A stretch of DNA of 64,000 nt, from assembly GCA_036918135.1 (NCBI GenBank), contig JBALDB010000062.1, positions 38,599 to 102,598 on the forward strand, in the 5' to 3' direction. The notes below the pieces were generated by a model that saw only the letters and a program-made list of their open reading frames with translations, was not told where the DNA came from and made no database searches. Source of the DNA: Nostoc sp. Its GTDB lineage: Bacteria; Cyanobacteriota; Cyanobacteriia; Cyanobacteriales; Nostocaceae. The translations under genes and the position numbers were made by a program. Positions 1-10,229 of the stretch are shown one piece after another (positions within the stretch are counted from its first letter, which is position 1; every line of letters begins with the position of its first letter).

Positions 1-34
1 CTATTGTGACGATTAGCAGCAAAGGTGGTGGAGA

Positions 35-1408
35 ATGGAAATTTCCATAGAAAATCTGTGGAGTCAGGTACTAGAGCGCTTACAGCTTGAGCTATCCCGA
101 CCTACCTTTGAAACTTGGATCAAAACTACTAGTGCAGAACGATTAGAAAATAATTGCTTGGTGATACGTACTCCTAATCCATTTGCTCGTAATTGGTTAC
201 AGAAGTATTATGTCAACACCATTGCTCATGTAGTACAAGATATTTTGGGTCATCCTGTAGAAATTTACATTACTGTTGTTCAAGGTGATGAATCTCATGT
301 TAATGAAGCAGAGGTTGCTTGGGAATCACCAAATCCTAGCAGTATTTCTGAACCCATTTCTCATAACAACCAAAAAACTACGGAATTAAACTCTAAATAT
401 ATATTTTCACGTTTTGTAGTTGGCGCTAATAATCGCATGGCTCATGCTGCTTCTTTAGCAGTTGCAGAATCTCCTGGAAGAGAGTTTAATCCTTTATTTT
501 TATGTGGTGGCGTCGGCTTGGGTAAAACTCATCTGATGCAGGCTATTGGTCACTATCGCTGGGAAATTTCTCCGAATTGTAAAATATTTTATGTTTCTAC
601 CGAGCGGTTTACCAATGATTTAATTACAGCAATTCGTAAGGATAGTATGCAAAGCTTTCGAGAGCATTATCGAGCTGCTGATGTTTTATTAGTTGATGAT
701 ATTCAGTTTCTTGAAGGCAAGGAATACACTCAAGAAGAATTTTTTCATACTTTTAATACTTTACACGAGGCAGGTAAACAAGTTGTCATTGCTTCTGACC
801 GTCCTCCTAACCAAATTCCTAGTTTACAAGAACGTCTTTGCTCTCGGTTTTCTATGGGATTAATTGCAGATGTTCAAACACCGGATTTGGAAACGAGAAT
901 GGCGATTCTTCAGAAAAAAGCTGAGTATGAAAATATTCGTCTGCCCCGGAATGTGATTGAATATATTGCTTCTAACTATACTTCTAATATTCGAGAACTA
1001 GAAGGAGCTTTAATTCGAGCTTTGGCTTATATTTCTATTTGGGGTTTACCAATGACGGTGGAAAATATCGCCCCAGTTCTAGAGCCACCGAATGAAAAAG
1101 TGATGGTTACCCCAGAAGCAATTTTGACAGTTGTAGCTGAGAATTTTGAAGTTTCAATCGATGATCTCAAAGGAAATTCACGACGCCGGGAAATTAGCTG
1201 GGCGCGTCAAATTGGCATGTATCTAATGCGTCAACACACCTCTTTGAGTTTGCCGAGAATTGGGGAGGAGTTCGGTGGTAAAGACCATACAACTGTGATC
1301 TACAGTTGTGACAAAATTGCTCAACTCCAAGAGAGCGATCGCACTTTAGCACAAACACTACGCCAACTAAGCGATCGCATTAGTATGACTAGTCGCTCTC
1401 AAAAATGA
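35..1408 (+). CDS. dnaA: Chromosomal replication initiator protein DnaA
   Basis: Walker [27 protein letters not shown]-terminal [11 protein letters not shown]-binding signature. Confidence 0.99.
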   Translation: MEISIENLWSQVLERLQLELSRPTFETWIKTTSAERLENNCLVIRTPNPFARNWLQKYYVNTIAHVVQDILGHPVEIYITVVQGDESHVNEAEVAWESPNPSSISEPISHNNQKTTELNSKYIFSRFVVGANNRMAHAASLAVAESPGREFNPLFLCGGVGLGKTHLMQAIGHYRWEISPNCKIFYVSTERFTNDLITAIRKDSMQSFREHYRAADVLLVDDIQFLEGKEYTQEEFFHTFNTLHEAGKQVVIASDRPPNQIPSLQERLCSRFSMGLIADVQTPDLETRMAILQKKAEYENIRLPRNVIEYIASNYTSNIRELEGALIRALAYISIWGLPMTVENIAPVLEPPNEKVMVTPEAILTVVAENFEVSIDDLKGNSRRREISWARQIGMYLMRQHTSLSLPRIGEEFGGKDHTTVIYSCDKIAQLQESDRTLAQTLRQLSDRISMTSRSQK

Positions 1409-1489
1409 TGTCACCAGTCAAGCAAACTCAATATCTGATTTTGAGTTTTCGATTCTGTACTTTGTTAAGTTGGAGAATAGTTTATTTAA

Positions 1490-1780
1490 AGTTTTCCACA
1501 ACCATCTTCCTAAATTATTAGTCTTGAAAGCTAAATGATTGGCTAAAGATATTAACTAACGTATAAAAATTGATTAAATTTAACTTATCTTGTGGAAAAA
1601 ATCTGACTTTTTGTGGAAAAATCTGTGGAAAACTTGAGATTTTTTTGATAAAACTTAATTAAGTATAATTACCTTGTGGAAAACATGGGGTATTTTTCCA
1701 CAAGTTTTCCACAGGTATTTAACTGATTGGATTCAGACTCAACACAACTTGTAACAGGTTTTCCACAATTTCCACAACAC
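1490..1780. other. Replication origin (oriC) with DnaA-box cluster
   Basis: TTTTCCACA or TGTGGAAAA at 1492, 1591, 1612, 1624, 1675, 1694, 1705 and 1759, plus ATTTCCACA at 1768. AT-rich stretch at ~1501-1590. Lies directly downstream of dnaA, and TTTTCCACA is the cyanobacterial DnaA box. Confidence 0.92.
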
Positions 1781-1966
1781 TGTAGTTAGCTCAGCCACCC
1801 CCTACCCTCTGTCTTGAAAGAGATTTTAGGACTTCCCGTGAAAAGTCAGCTGCAAAACCCACCCCGTGGCTCCGGTCACGAACACAGGCATGTGCAAAGT
1901 CTCCTCTACGTGCAATGGATATCGGATTGCGTGTCAGGGGTGCCTGACCAGTATTGACAGCAAAAA

Positions 1967-2326
1967 TCAGGAGCGAAACGGGTCGATTCCGTAGTTCTTC
2001 GCCCAGGCGTTCTCCTCGCCAGCAAGAATCTCCTCGACCTTGAAGTAGCGATCCCAGAAAGGCGTCTCGCGGAGCTTCTCACAGAAAAGCTCGTAGCTCT
2101 GATGATCCCCAGCTTCTATCATCCAGACATCAGTGATCCGTGCAGAGTAGAATTCGACATCATACCACTTCAGGCGAACCCTGTTGTGGAACTCGTCAAG
2201 GAGCGGCTGTAGGCTGTGACGACCAAGCCTGACCCGCTCCTCAATAGGAAAGCCAAGCCACTCCGGGGTTGTCTTAACCAGTATGAACACCGTCTGTGTC
2301 CGGTTGGCAGTATTTGTTTGGGACAT
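1967..2326 (-). CDS. Darcynin-like family protein
   Basis: VFILVKTTPEWL...WYDVEFYSARITDVW...EKLRETPFWDRYFKVEEIL resembles the darcynin family. ATG at 2326 chosen; the ORF track extends to 2374. GC-rich codon usage. Confidence 0.7.
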   Translation of the reverse strand: MSQTNTANRTQTVFILVKTTPEWLGFPIEERVRLGRHSLQPLLDEFHNRVRLKWYDVEFYSARITDVWMIEAGDHQSYELFCEKLRETPFWDRYFKVEEILAGEENAWAKNYGIDPFRS

Positions 2327-2474
2327 ATTTGTTATCGCCTCTTGATTAGCAGCTAAATCTTTGGACGAACTCAACCATTACGAGGCTGGTACGCCATTTA
2401 CTTCGTTAGCTCGACTATAAAAAGTTTGATGAGAAAATGTCGCCTAGATTCTTGCTGGCTTCAACAGATTCTTG

Positions 2475-3389
2475 CTACTGGTTGAGAAACGTTTTGGGAG
2501 TGACACCAACGATACGCTTGAAGTGATGGCTTAGATGACTAGGATTGGCAAACCCGACTTGAAAAGCGACATCAGTAACGCTTAGCTCATGCCGTAACAG
2601 CAATTGCTTAGCACACTCTACCCGGCATTGAATCACATACTGGTGAACTGAAATTCCCATCGATTGCTTAAATAAGCGTGAGAAGTGGTATTGGCTCATG
2701 CTGACCTCGGCGGCAATTACGCTCAGGCTCAAGTTCTGGTCTAGATGTTCTTGAATGTAGGTAAGCGCTCGGTGTAGTTTGTAGTTTGGCAGTCCACCGT
2801 TATGAGTGCGAATCGAGCCTTTGGTGACCGAATAGTGCTGTAGAAGGTGTGCTGCAATAAGGGTTGCGGCAGAATCAGCAGATAAGCGGCTGTAAACGCT
2901 ATCAGTTTCTAACACTGATTTCAGTGCTGCCCCAACTTGACAGATTAATGGATCTTGTTGGGCAAAAATTGGTATCAGCTCGACTGAAACTGGCTCGTGC
3001 GATTCGTAGGCAATGCGGCTCACAAAGCTAGGAGCAAGGGAGATTATGGTACATTCGGCGTCAAAATCCCAGGACAAGCTGTGAGAGACATGAGCTGGGA
3101 TAATGGCAATCTCGCCCCTACCTATCTGCCTTTGCTGATAGCATCCATCAATTGTCCACTCCATACCTCGATCGCACTGAAAGTGAGGGATGTAAATTTC
3201 ATGTTCAGCATCAAGATGCTCTGGCACTTCACTAGGAGGCTGGCAGTGATATTCCAGATGAATGTCTTGCCAACCAACAGATGTACTAGAAAGCAGCGGT
3301 TCACGAGAAAGGCGAAAAGCGTCTTCCCAAGCGCGAGCGCAAGTCCGGGCTGGCGCAGGCATCATCGAGTTAGTCTCTCTAGCATCCAT
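2475..3389 (-). CDS. AraC family transcriptional regulator
   Basis: C-terminal double HTH (SQYHFSRLFKQSMG...VAFQVGFANPSHLSHHFKRIVGVTP) and N-terminal cupin-like region. Confidence 0.95.
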   Translation of the reverse strand: MDARETNSMMPAPARTCARAWEDAFRLSREPLLSSTSVGWQDIHLEYHCQPPSEVPEHLDAEHEIYIPHFQCDRGMEWTIDGCYQQRQIGRGEIAIIPAHVSHSLSWDFDAECTIISLAPSFVSRIAYESHEPVSVELIPIFAQQDPLICQVGAALKSVLETDSVYSRLSADSAATLIAAHLLQHYSVTKGSIRTHNGGLPNYKLHRALTYIQEHLDQNLSLSVIAAEVSMSQYHFSRLFKQSMGISVHQYVIQCRVECAKQLLLRHELSVTDVAFQVGFANPSHLSHHFKRIVGVTPKTFLNQ

Positions 3390-3409
3390 CTCTGATTTGA
3401 CCTAAAAAT

Positions 3410-3445
3410 TGGGATACAAGCTTCGCCTTTCTATGGCGACTTTTC
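3410..3445 (+). mobile_element. Possible degenerate IS200/IS605-type end hairpin
   Basis: GGGATACAAGCTTCGCCTTTCTATGGCGACTTTT resembles, from recall, the subterminal hairpins of cyanobacterial IS200/IS605 elements. No transposase is adjacent. Confidence 0.35.
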
Positions 3446-3548
3446 TTTTAAAATTAGGTTAACAAAAGGTTATGTTACCTTAGCTACTGCTCTATAATCA
3501 CCTTAAACTACTATATCTCGCGCTATTTACCGCAGTTTAAGGAAAAAA

Positions 3549-4739
3549 TTGATGAACCAGTGGTCAAGAACTTCTCAATCAATCAGACGCTTCATCAAGT
3601 TAGTTCAAACTTATACCGTCATATCTGTGCAGGCTATCAGGAAATGGAACCTGCATTCAATCAGAAGTTGGGTGCATAAGCTCTCTTTGTGGAGCTTTAT
3701 TAGTTTATTTTTAATCGGAGTTAGCTTGAGTGTAGCGATAACAGCCTGTTCATCACGCAATGCAGATAACACAGGTAATGTTAATTCCACTGCCAAGGAT
3801 AATGTAAAGCTAACACTTGTTTCTTACTCAGTTACCAGTGAAGCGTATAAGCAAATTATTCCCAAATTTATAGAACAGTGGCAGAAACAACACCAACAAA
3901 ACGTCACTTTTGAGCAGAGTTATGAAGGTTCTGGTTCTCAAGCATTAGCTGTGATTGATGGCTTAGAAGCCGATGTAGTACACTTGTCACTCGACCTTGA
4001 TGTTAAGAAACTAGTTCAATCAGGTTTGATTCAACAGGGTTGGGAAAAAGAAGCGCCTAATGATGCAATAGTTACTCAATCTGTAGGAGCGATCGCTATT
4101 CGTCAGGATAATCCCAAAAATATCAAAACTTGGGCTGACTTAACACAAAATCAGGTGGAATTAATTACAGCTAATCCTAAAACGTCTGGTGGCGCACGCT
4201 GGAATTTTCTTGGTCTTTGGGGTTCAGCAATCAAAACTGGCAAAAACGAAGCTCAAGCATTAAACTTCATCTCCAATGTTTATCAACACGTACCTTTGCT
4301 ACCCAAAACTGCTCGTAATGCCAGCGAACTATTCTTTAAAAAAGGTCAAGGTGATGCTTTGCTCAACTATGAAAATGAAATGATTTTATCGGCACAAAAT
4401 GGTGAAAAATTTACATATGTAGTACCCGATGTCAACATTTCCATTGACAATCCTGTAGCTGTTGTAGATACAAATGTCGATAAACATGGAACTCGTTTAG
4501 TTGCAGAAGCATTTGTTAAATTTCTTTACACTCCAGATGCACAACGAGAGTTTGTCAAATTAGGATTTCGTCCTGTTGATACTACAATTGCCAAAGAAGT
4601 AGAAGGCAAATATCCGAAAATAAAAACTATTTTCAAAGCTCAAGATTTAGGAGGATGGGACGAAATTCAAAAAAAATTCTTTAATGAAGGTGCAATCTTT
4701 GACCAAATTCAAAGTAAGATTCACTTGAAACAGGTGTAA
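3549..4739 (+). CDS. sbp: Sulfate/thiosulfate ABC transporter substrate-binding protein
   Basis: GSGSQ..AVIDGLEADVVHL, TANPKTSGGARWNFL, NYENE and lipobox ITAC. The true start may be downstream. Confidence 0.9.
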   Translation: MMNQWSRTSQSIRRFIKLVQTYTVISVQAIRKWNLHSIRSWVHKLSLWSFISLFLIGVSLSVAITACSSRNADNTGNVNSTAKDNVKLTLVSYSVTSEAYKQIIPKFIEQWQKQHQQNVTFEQSYEGSGSQALAVIDGLEADVVHLSLDLDVKKLVQSGLIQQGWEKEAPNDAIVTQSVGAIAIRQDNPKNIKTWADLTQNQVELITANPKTSGGARWNFLGLWGSAIKTGKNEAQALNFISNVYQHVPLLPKTARNASELFFKKGQGDALLNYENEMILSAQNGEKFTYVVPDVNISIDNPVAVVDTNVDKHGTRLVAEAFVKFLYTPDAQREFVKLGFRPVDTTIAKEVEGKYPKIKTIFKAQDLGGWDEIQKKFFNEGAIFDQIQSKIHLKQV

Positions 4740-4769
4740 TACAGCAGAATTCAAAATTCAGGAGTCAGG

Positions 4770-5011
4770 TGTAGGTTGGGGAGCCAGTGTGTTGCGGGGG
4801 TTCCCCCCGTTATAGCAACTAGTGTTTGAGGAACTAAACTCAACATTTTTGAGTATTTGTTATACGAGTTTGAAAAATGATTACTACACATGTAGGTTGG
4901 GGAGCCAGTGTGTTGCCGGGGTTCCCCCGTTGTAGCAACTGGCGTTTGAAAAACAAAACCCAACTTTAAGACCTTGATTTTGTTGGGTTTGGTTGCGTTC
5001 AACCCAACCTA
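4770..5011. repeat. Two ~60-bp direct copies of a Nostoc-type dispersed repeat within a REP-like GTAGGTTGGG...CCCAACCTAC element
   Basis: TGTAGGTTGGGGAGCCAGTGTGTTGC.GGGGTTCCCCC.GTT.TAGCAACT.G.GTTTGA at 4770-4829 and 4891-4949. CCCAACCTAC at ~5003 and again at ~6538. Confidence 0.8.
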
Positions 5012-5060
5012 CCCCTTTATTCTTATTGTTAAGATTTATTGGAACTCTTGGTAACTGTTC

Positions 5061-5426
5061 CTAGGGAGAATATATAGTCTCATCTGACTGACGCCACGCA
5101 GGATCGACTATGCATATAAACATTAGTGGCTCAGCCCCAGAATTCCGAATAAATTGTTTAGCATTGGGTGGAATATAGATAGCATCTCCTGATTCTACTA
5201 TCTTTAGTTCATCATCTATATGCATTTCTCCTTGACCGCTAAGAATGTAGTAAACTTCAGAAGTTGTCAACGAATGAGGTGTAGAGGTTTGGCCAATGGG
5301 CACTATTGCATGAGCTAGACTGTAGCGTAATTTTAAAGGTTGCTTATCAGGATGCAACAATTCTCGCAAGATAGTACTATCACCTGCAATGAATTCTGCA
5401 CATGCATTAAGTTTTTGTACTAGCAC
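5061..5426 (-). CDS. Cupin domain protein
   Basis: PHSLTTSEVYYILSGQGEMHID...GDAIYIPPNAKQFIRN cupin motifs. Confidence 0.9.
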   Translation of the reverse strand: MLVQKLNACAEFIAGDSTILRELLHPDKQPLKLRYSLAHAIVPIGQTSTPHSLTTSEVYYILSGQGEMHIDDELKIVESGDAIYIPPNAKQFIRNSGAEPLMFICIVDPAWRQSDETIYSP

Positions 5427-5562
5427 TGTAAAAAGCCTTTAAAACAAGAAATAACACTTTATTATGGCTGGCTACCAGCCATTAGAAAAGCCTAAATTTA
5501 ATCTTCCAGTTAGCCCATAAGCAGAGAAGACCTATTCATCAGCGATGTTATCAGTTATTTAT

Positions 5563-5715
5563 CTAGACATCACGGGCTTTGAAAAAATTATAAATAGCAA
5601 GTGCAATAGCCAAAAGCAATACTGCATGAATTAGATTTCCGGCAATATGGAGTGTTAATCCTAATGCCCAAAAAGCAACCAGCACAACAACAATGCCCCA
5701 AAGAAGACTTAGCAT
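5563..5715 (-). CDS. Small membrane protein (lmo0937/DUF5670-like), 50 aa, missed by the ORF track
   Basis: Manual translation: MLSLLWGIVVVLVAFWALGLTLHIAGNLIHAVLLLAIALAIYNFFKARDV*. The two hydrophobic helices around G.LIH..L are typical of this family. Confidence 0.85.
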   Translation of the reverse strand: MLSLLWGIVVVLVAFWALGLTLHIAGNLIHAVLLLAIALAIYNFFKARDV

Positions 5716-6017
5716 ATATTTACTCTTAGTTAAGTGATTTTTACTTGTTGAAATATTTTATAGCCTAACTTTGGTTTTACTGTATTTATCTTGAGATAGG
5801 TTTAAAAATTTAAATCATCTTTCTGAAGAAAGAAAATTTAGTACCATGAGTCTTGGGTAGAGCGACAGGGTAATCAAATGTCACCAGATAAGCATTTTAA
5901 GCAGGACGTTGGCAATTTGATTTTGAGATTCTGAGTACTATTTTGCAGTAGCAACCCCTCAAATCCATCTCGTCCAAAATGGTCGTTTTATAAACTGATG
6001 ATTGTAAATTAATGATC

Positions 6018-6416
6018 CTATGTAAACACGGGTGTAGTGTCTGTGTAGAATCTTACAGAAGTTACCAAACCTTCTTGATTGCGGTCAGTGAAAGCAACTG
6101 CTCTAATGGCTACAAACTCACCATCAGTACGCTTGTAATAATTTAGCGCTTCAAGGACAAAAGATGAATCATAACCATAAATGTTGAGCAGGTCATGTTC
6201 TAAACTAGCAAAGGTTTCCCAGTAAGCAGCAAGTCCTTGCATCACAAGCTCTTTGCCTTCAATTGGAGAGTTATTGTTTGACTGCACAGAGCAATTTGGC
6301 GCTAAAAATTTACTGTACGCCTCGATGTCTAAACTATCCAAAGCTTTCAAGTATTTTAGATACCACTCGTAAGTTTCGGGCGAAAGTTGATTGATTCTTA
6401 GATTATTAGTTTTCAC
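6018..6416 (-). CDS. NTF2/SnoaL-like fold protein
   Basis: YLKALDSLDIEAYSKFLAPNC...LEHDLLNIYG...VRFYTDTTPVF pattern; RBS-like AGGAG upstream of the GTG start. Confidence 0.8.
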   Translation of the reverse strand: MKTNNLRINQLSPETYEWYLKYLKALDSLDIEAYSKFLAPNCSVQSNNNSPIEGKELVMQGLAAYWETFASLEHDLLNIYGYDSSFVLEALNYYKRTDGEFVAIRAVAFTDRNQEGLVTSVRFYTDTTPVFT

Positions 6417-6657
6417 CAGTGACTCCTGTTTAATTACCTAACAATAAAATCAGGTTCTCTTACTATCTCACTTCACAAGGGGAGTACCATAACCTCAGAC
6501 CAAAAAACTCGGATTTTGTTGGGTTTGATTTGGTTCAACCCAACCTACTAACGTGTTAAGTTTAATTTGTTGAGTTAAATAATCATACAATAGTTTGATT
6601 TTGGATTTTTTAGGTTTTTGAACCCAACTTTTTCAGGTTGACGCGCTACTACCAGAG

Positions 6658-9600
6658 TTAATGGTACGATTTGGTGATTTGTGTAATTGGAATTTCAATC
6701 CAAAATTCTGTACCTAATCCTGGCTGAGAATTACATTTAAATACACCACCGTGTTTATCCACAACGATCTGGTAACTAATTGATAACCCTAACCCAGTGC
6801 CTTTTCCCACTGGTTTAGTAGTGAAAAATGGGTCGCAGATCCTTGCTTTGAGGTCTTGGGGTATTCCTGGGCCATTGTCTGTTATGCGAATTACTACACT
6901 CTTAACATTCCCTTCTATCTCCCCAAGAGCAGTATGGATAATAATTTGACTGCTATGAAGTTTGGATGTAGAGCCTCTGTAATCTTCTAGGGCATCGATC
7001 GCATTACTTAAAACATTCATGAATACCTGATTCAATGGCCCAGCATAGCATTCTACTAAAGGAAGGTCGCCGTACTCTTTAACTAATTTAATCGCCGGAC
7101 TTTCTGGTTTTGCTTTTAAACGATGCTGCAAAATTAGCAAGGTGCTATCAATACCCTCATGGATATTAACTGGTTTTTTTTCTGCTTGATCGAGGCGGGA
7201 GAAATTCCGCAAACTCAAGACAATTTGCCGGATGCGATCGACGCCAATTTTCATTGAGGAGAGAGTTTTGGGTAAATCCTCAGTCAGAAATTCTAAGTCT
7301 ATTTCTTCTGCGCGCTCGCGAATTTCAGGGTTGGGGTTAGGGCTGTTTTGCAAATACAGGTCGAGCATACCAAGTAAATCTTGGGCGTATTCACTCACAT
7401 GATTAATGTTGCCATAAATAAAGTTGACTGGATTATTAATTTCGTGGGCAATACCAGCTACCAGTTGACCCAATGAAGACATTTTCTCAGTCTGGATGAG
7501 TTGGGTTTGAGTTTGTTTTAAATCATTCAAAGCTGTAGCCAGTTTTTCTGCCTGCTCCTTAGTCTGATTGAGTAATTCGACTTGTTGGAGTGCAACCCCA
7601 AGCTGATTGGCAATTTGAGTCATAAACTTAATTTCTGAGGTTTCCCAGTGACGCGGTGCAGAGTTTTGGTAAGCTGCTAACAAACCCCAGAGCTGTTGCC
7701 CAATAAATATTGGGGCGATCGCATACGCCTTTGCTTGAATTTGCTCTAGGCCTGCAACATGGCACTCAGAGTGACCAGCTTGATAAATGTCATTGACTGC
7801 AAAGGTTTCATTATGGCGATATCGCCCACCTTGGGTTTCCTGCAAATAAGTATCTCGCCAAACTGTATTCCTATCTGGACTTACTAGCTTTATCCAACCC
7901 TCACCCACAAACTCAGCGATGTATTCACCACTCCAATCAGCTTGGAAGCGGTATACTGCAACTCGATCCGCTTGTAGTGAATTACAAATTTCTTGAGTAG
8001 TTGTCTGAAAAATTGCATCTAAATCCAGAGATTCCCTAACTTTGGCCACAACTTCAAACAATACTCTTTGCTGTTCTGCTGCTTGTTGTAAATCTAAGGC
8101 CTGTTCTCGTGTCTGAGTGAGTAATTGAGCTTGCTGGAGTGCTACCCCCATTTGAGCCGCAATCTGACTGATAAAGTTGATTTCAGAAGCTTTCCATTGA
8201 CGAGGGCCTGAGTGTTGATAAGTTGCCAGTAAACCCCAAAGTTTTTGCCCAACAAAGATTGGAGCAAGCACAAAAGCGTGAATTTGAAACTGCTCTAGAT
8301 TGTCGATATGACATTGAGCAAACCCCATTTTGTAGATATCATCGACTGCAAATGTTTGATTGTAACGGTAACGTCCTCCCTGGGTATCTTGTAAGTAAGT
8401 ATCATTCCAAACTGTATTAATACCTAGTTCGGACTCATTCGACCAGTATGGAGTAGCAGCCTCGAAATCTCCAACAAATTCACCACCCCAATCACTATCA
8501 AAACGGTAAACAGAAACGCGATCCGCTTTGATTAATTGACAAACCTCTTTAGTTGTTGTTTGAAAAATCGTATCTGTGTCCAAAGATTCACGAATCTCGG
8601 CAATCACTTTAAACACAGCCTGTTGTTGTTCAGTCGTCCGTTGTAATTCGCTTGTGCGCCTTTTAACTTGATGTTCTAAATTTTCATTGAAGACTTGTAT
8701 TTGTTGATATAGTTCATACTGTTGAATTGCGGAAGCAAAGTGTTTACTGAGGTTTTTAGCCAGTTCAATTTCTTCGATTGTCCATTTTTGAGCTTGTGCT
8801 TTTTTTGATTCACGCCAAACTTCAAAGGATTGTCGGGGGTACAATTGTCTTCGATCGCCATCATACTGCCCTGCCCACAGGGTTTCTGTATCTATTTCGT
8901 TGCGGAAAATAGTTAAATAGCCTAGCAACTGCTGACGATATTGAAGTGGGATCGCCAATATACTGCGAATTTTAGTTGGTTGAAAAGCAACTTGCAAACT
9001 TCGCAAACTAGAAGTTTGATAAATATCTGAAATCGCCCAAACATCGTATTCTTCACTGGATTTATAGTGTTCCTGCCAAACATTATACTGCTCTATAAGT
9101 GGATATATCGTCTGTTCTGGCATTACAGGTTGCTGACCGCAAGTATAAAGTTTAATGCAGGTGTTTCCAGGAATTAAGCATTCTGTGAAGCTGGCAATCC
9201 TGCTATGGTGAAAATCAAAAGCTGCATTTCTAATGCAAAGCCGACCACCAACACCATCAAAGGCAGTAACGGCAGCTTCTAGGGCTGGCTGTAATACAAT
9301 TGTTGGGAGTGAATGTAGTAAGCTAGCAATGTGATTAATGATGGTTTGTTGTTCGGCTGTTTTGCGGACTTGAGTCAGGAGGCTACTTTGAGCGATGGCT
9401 ATTGAGAGCTGATCGACTACCATCTGCATTGCTTCTAGTTCATATTCTGAAATCAAACGCACTTGGGAATTATGAGACACCAACAGCCCCCAGAGTTGAT
9501 TTTGATAAAGGATAGGGGCTGCTATACTGGATTTGACACCCATTGCTGTCAAATATTCAATATGGCAGGGGTCTACAGGGCGGTAACGGATTTCCTCTTT

Positions 9601-9996
9601 TATGGTTTCTCCGCTTTCTAAATCACGCAGGTGACTTTGACCAATTTCTTGAGTATCAACGTTCACAATAGAACGCACCCGTGATTTAATAAATAGTTCG
9701 CGGGCGGTGGCTGGAATATCATCAGCAGGGAAATTCAGCCCCAGTAGCGACGGCAAACGATTGTGGTAAATTGATTCAGCAATCACCTGACCGCTACCAT
9801 CAGCATGAAATTTGTAAATCATCACTCTGTCAGTTTGCAGTAGCGATCGCACCTCTGCTGTTGTTGTTGTGATAATCTCTTCTAATTCTAAGCTTCTGCG
9901 AATACGATTTGTAATTCGGTGTAGTAAACTTTCTTCATGGCGAGTTTCCCGCCAGTCTTGTTCTGAGTTCGAGGTCATTGCTGATAATATCTTCAA
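6658..9996 (-). CDS. Multi-GAF photosensory histidine kinase (knotless phytochrome GAF-PHY + two cyanobacteriochrome GAFs + HisKA/HATPase)
   Basis: FPADDIP and VDPCHIEYL (phytochrome GAF); WAG...PRQSFEVW (PHY tongue); two W.DTYLQ.TQGGRY...CH CBCR GAFs; AHEINNP H-box; DNGPG and GKGTGLGL. Confidence 0.93.
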   Translation of the reverse strand: MKILSAMTSNSEQDWRETRHEESLLHRITNRIRRSLELEEIITTTTAEVRSLLQTDRVMIYKFHADGSGQVIAESIYHNRLPSLLGLNFPADDIPATARELFIKSRVRSIVNVDTQEIGQSHLRDLESGETIKEEIRYRPVDPCHIEYLTAMGVKSSIAAPILYQNQLWGLLVSHNSQVRLISEYELEAMQMVVDQLSIAIAQSSLLTQVRKTAEQQTIINHIASLLHSLPTIVLQPALEAAVTAFDGVGGRLCIRNAAFDFHHSRIASFTECLIPGNTCIKLYTCGQQPVMPEQTIYPLIEQYNVWQEHYKSSEEYDVWAISDIYQTSSLRSLQVAFQPTKIRSILAIPLQYRQQLLGYLTIFRNEIDTETLWAGQYDGDRRQLYPRQSFEVWRESKKAQAQKWTIEEIELAKNLSKHFASAIQQYELYQQIQVFNENLEHQVKRRTSELQRTTEQQQAVFKVIAEIRESLDTDTIFQTTTKEVCQLIKADRVSVYRFDSDWGGEFVGDFEAATPYWSNESELGINTVWNDTYLQDTQGGRYRYNQTFAVDDIYKMGFAQCHIDNLEQFQIHAFVLAPIFVGQKLWGLLATYQHSGPRQWKASEINFISQIAAQMGVALQQAQLLTQTREQALDLQQAAEQQRVLFEVVAKVRESLDLDAIFQTTTQEICNSLQADRVAVYRFQADWSGEYIAEFVGEGWIKLVSPDRNTVWRDTYLQETQGGRYRHNETFAVNDIYQAGHSECHVAGLEQIQAKAYAIAPIFIGQQLWGLLAAYQNSAPRHWETSEIKFMTQIANQLGVALQQVELLNQTKEQAEKLATALNDLKQTQTQLIQTEKMSSLGQLVAGIAHEINNPVNFIYGNINHVSEYAQDLLGMLDLYLQNSPNPNPEIRERAEEIDLEFLTEDLPKTLSSMKIGVDRIRQIVLSLRNFSRLDQAEKKPVNIHEGIDSTLLILQHRLKAKPESPAIKLVKEYGDLPLVECYAGPLNQVFMNVLSNAIDALEDYRGSTSKLHSSQIIIHTALGEIEGNVKSVVIRITDNGPGIPQDLKARICDPFFTTKPVGKGTGLGLSISYQIVVDKHGGVFKCNSQPGLGTEFWIEIPITQITKSYH

Positions 9997-10229
9997 TTAA
10001 TAATTTTTAAACAGAGATAATTAAATCTAATGATATTTTGGAATTTTTTTAATCAATTTGTCTTCAGTAAAACTACGGCAAATCAATAAGGAAAAATTTT
10101 ATTTTTTTGATAAAATTTATGAAAAACTATAAAAAAAGACGCTAAGAGAATTGCGTCTGTACCAGCTATGAATCAAGAATTTTGCTTTTTAGCTTTTACT
10201 TTTTGTGGAGATAAAAATGTTCGAGAAAA

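Noticed and set aside
4770..4949. Possible mini-CRISPR (two ~60-bp repeats with a ~61-bp spacer)
   Set aside because: The repeat is too long, has only two copies and resembles Nostoc dispersed/REP-like repeats. The 4751-5002 ORF is a by-product.
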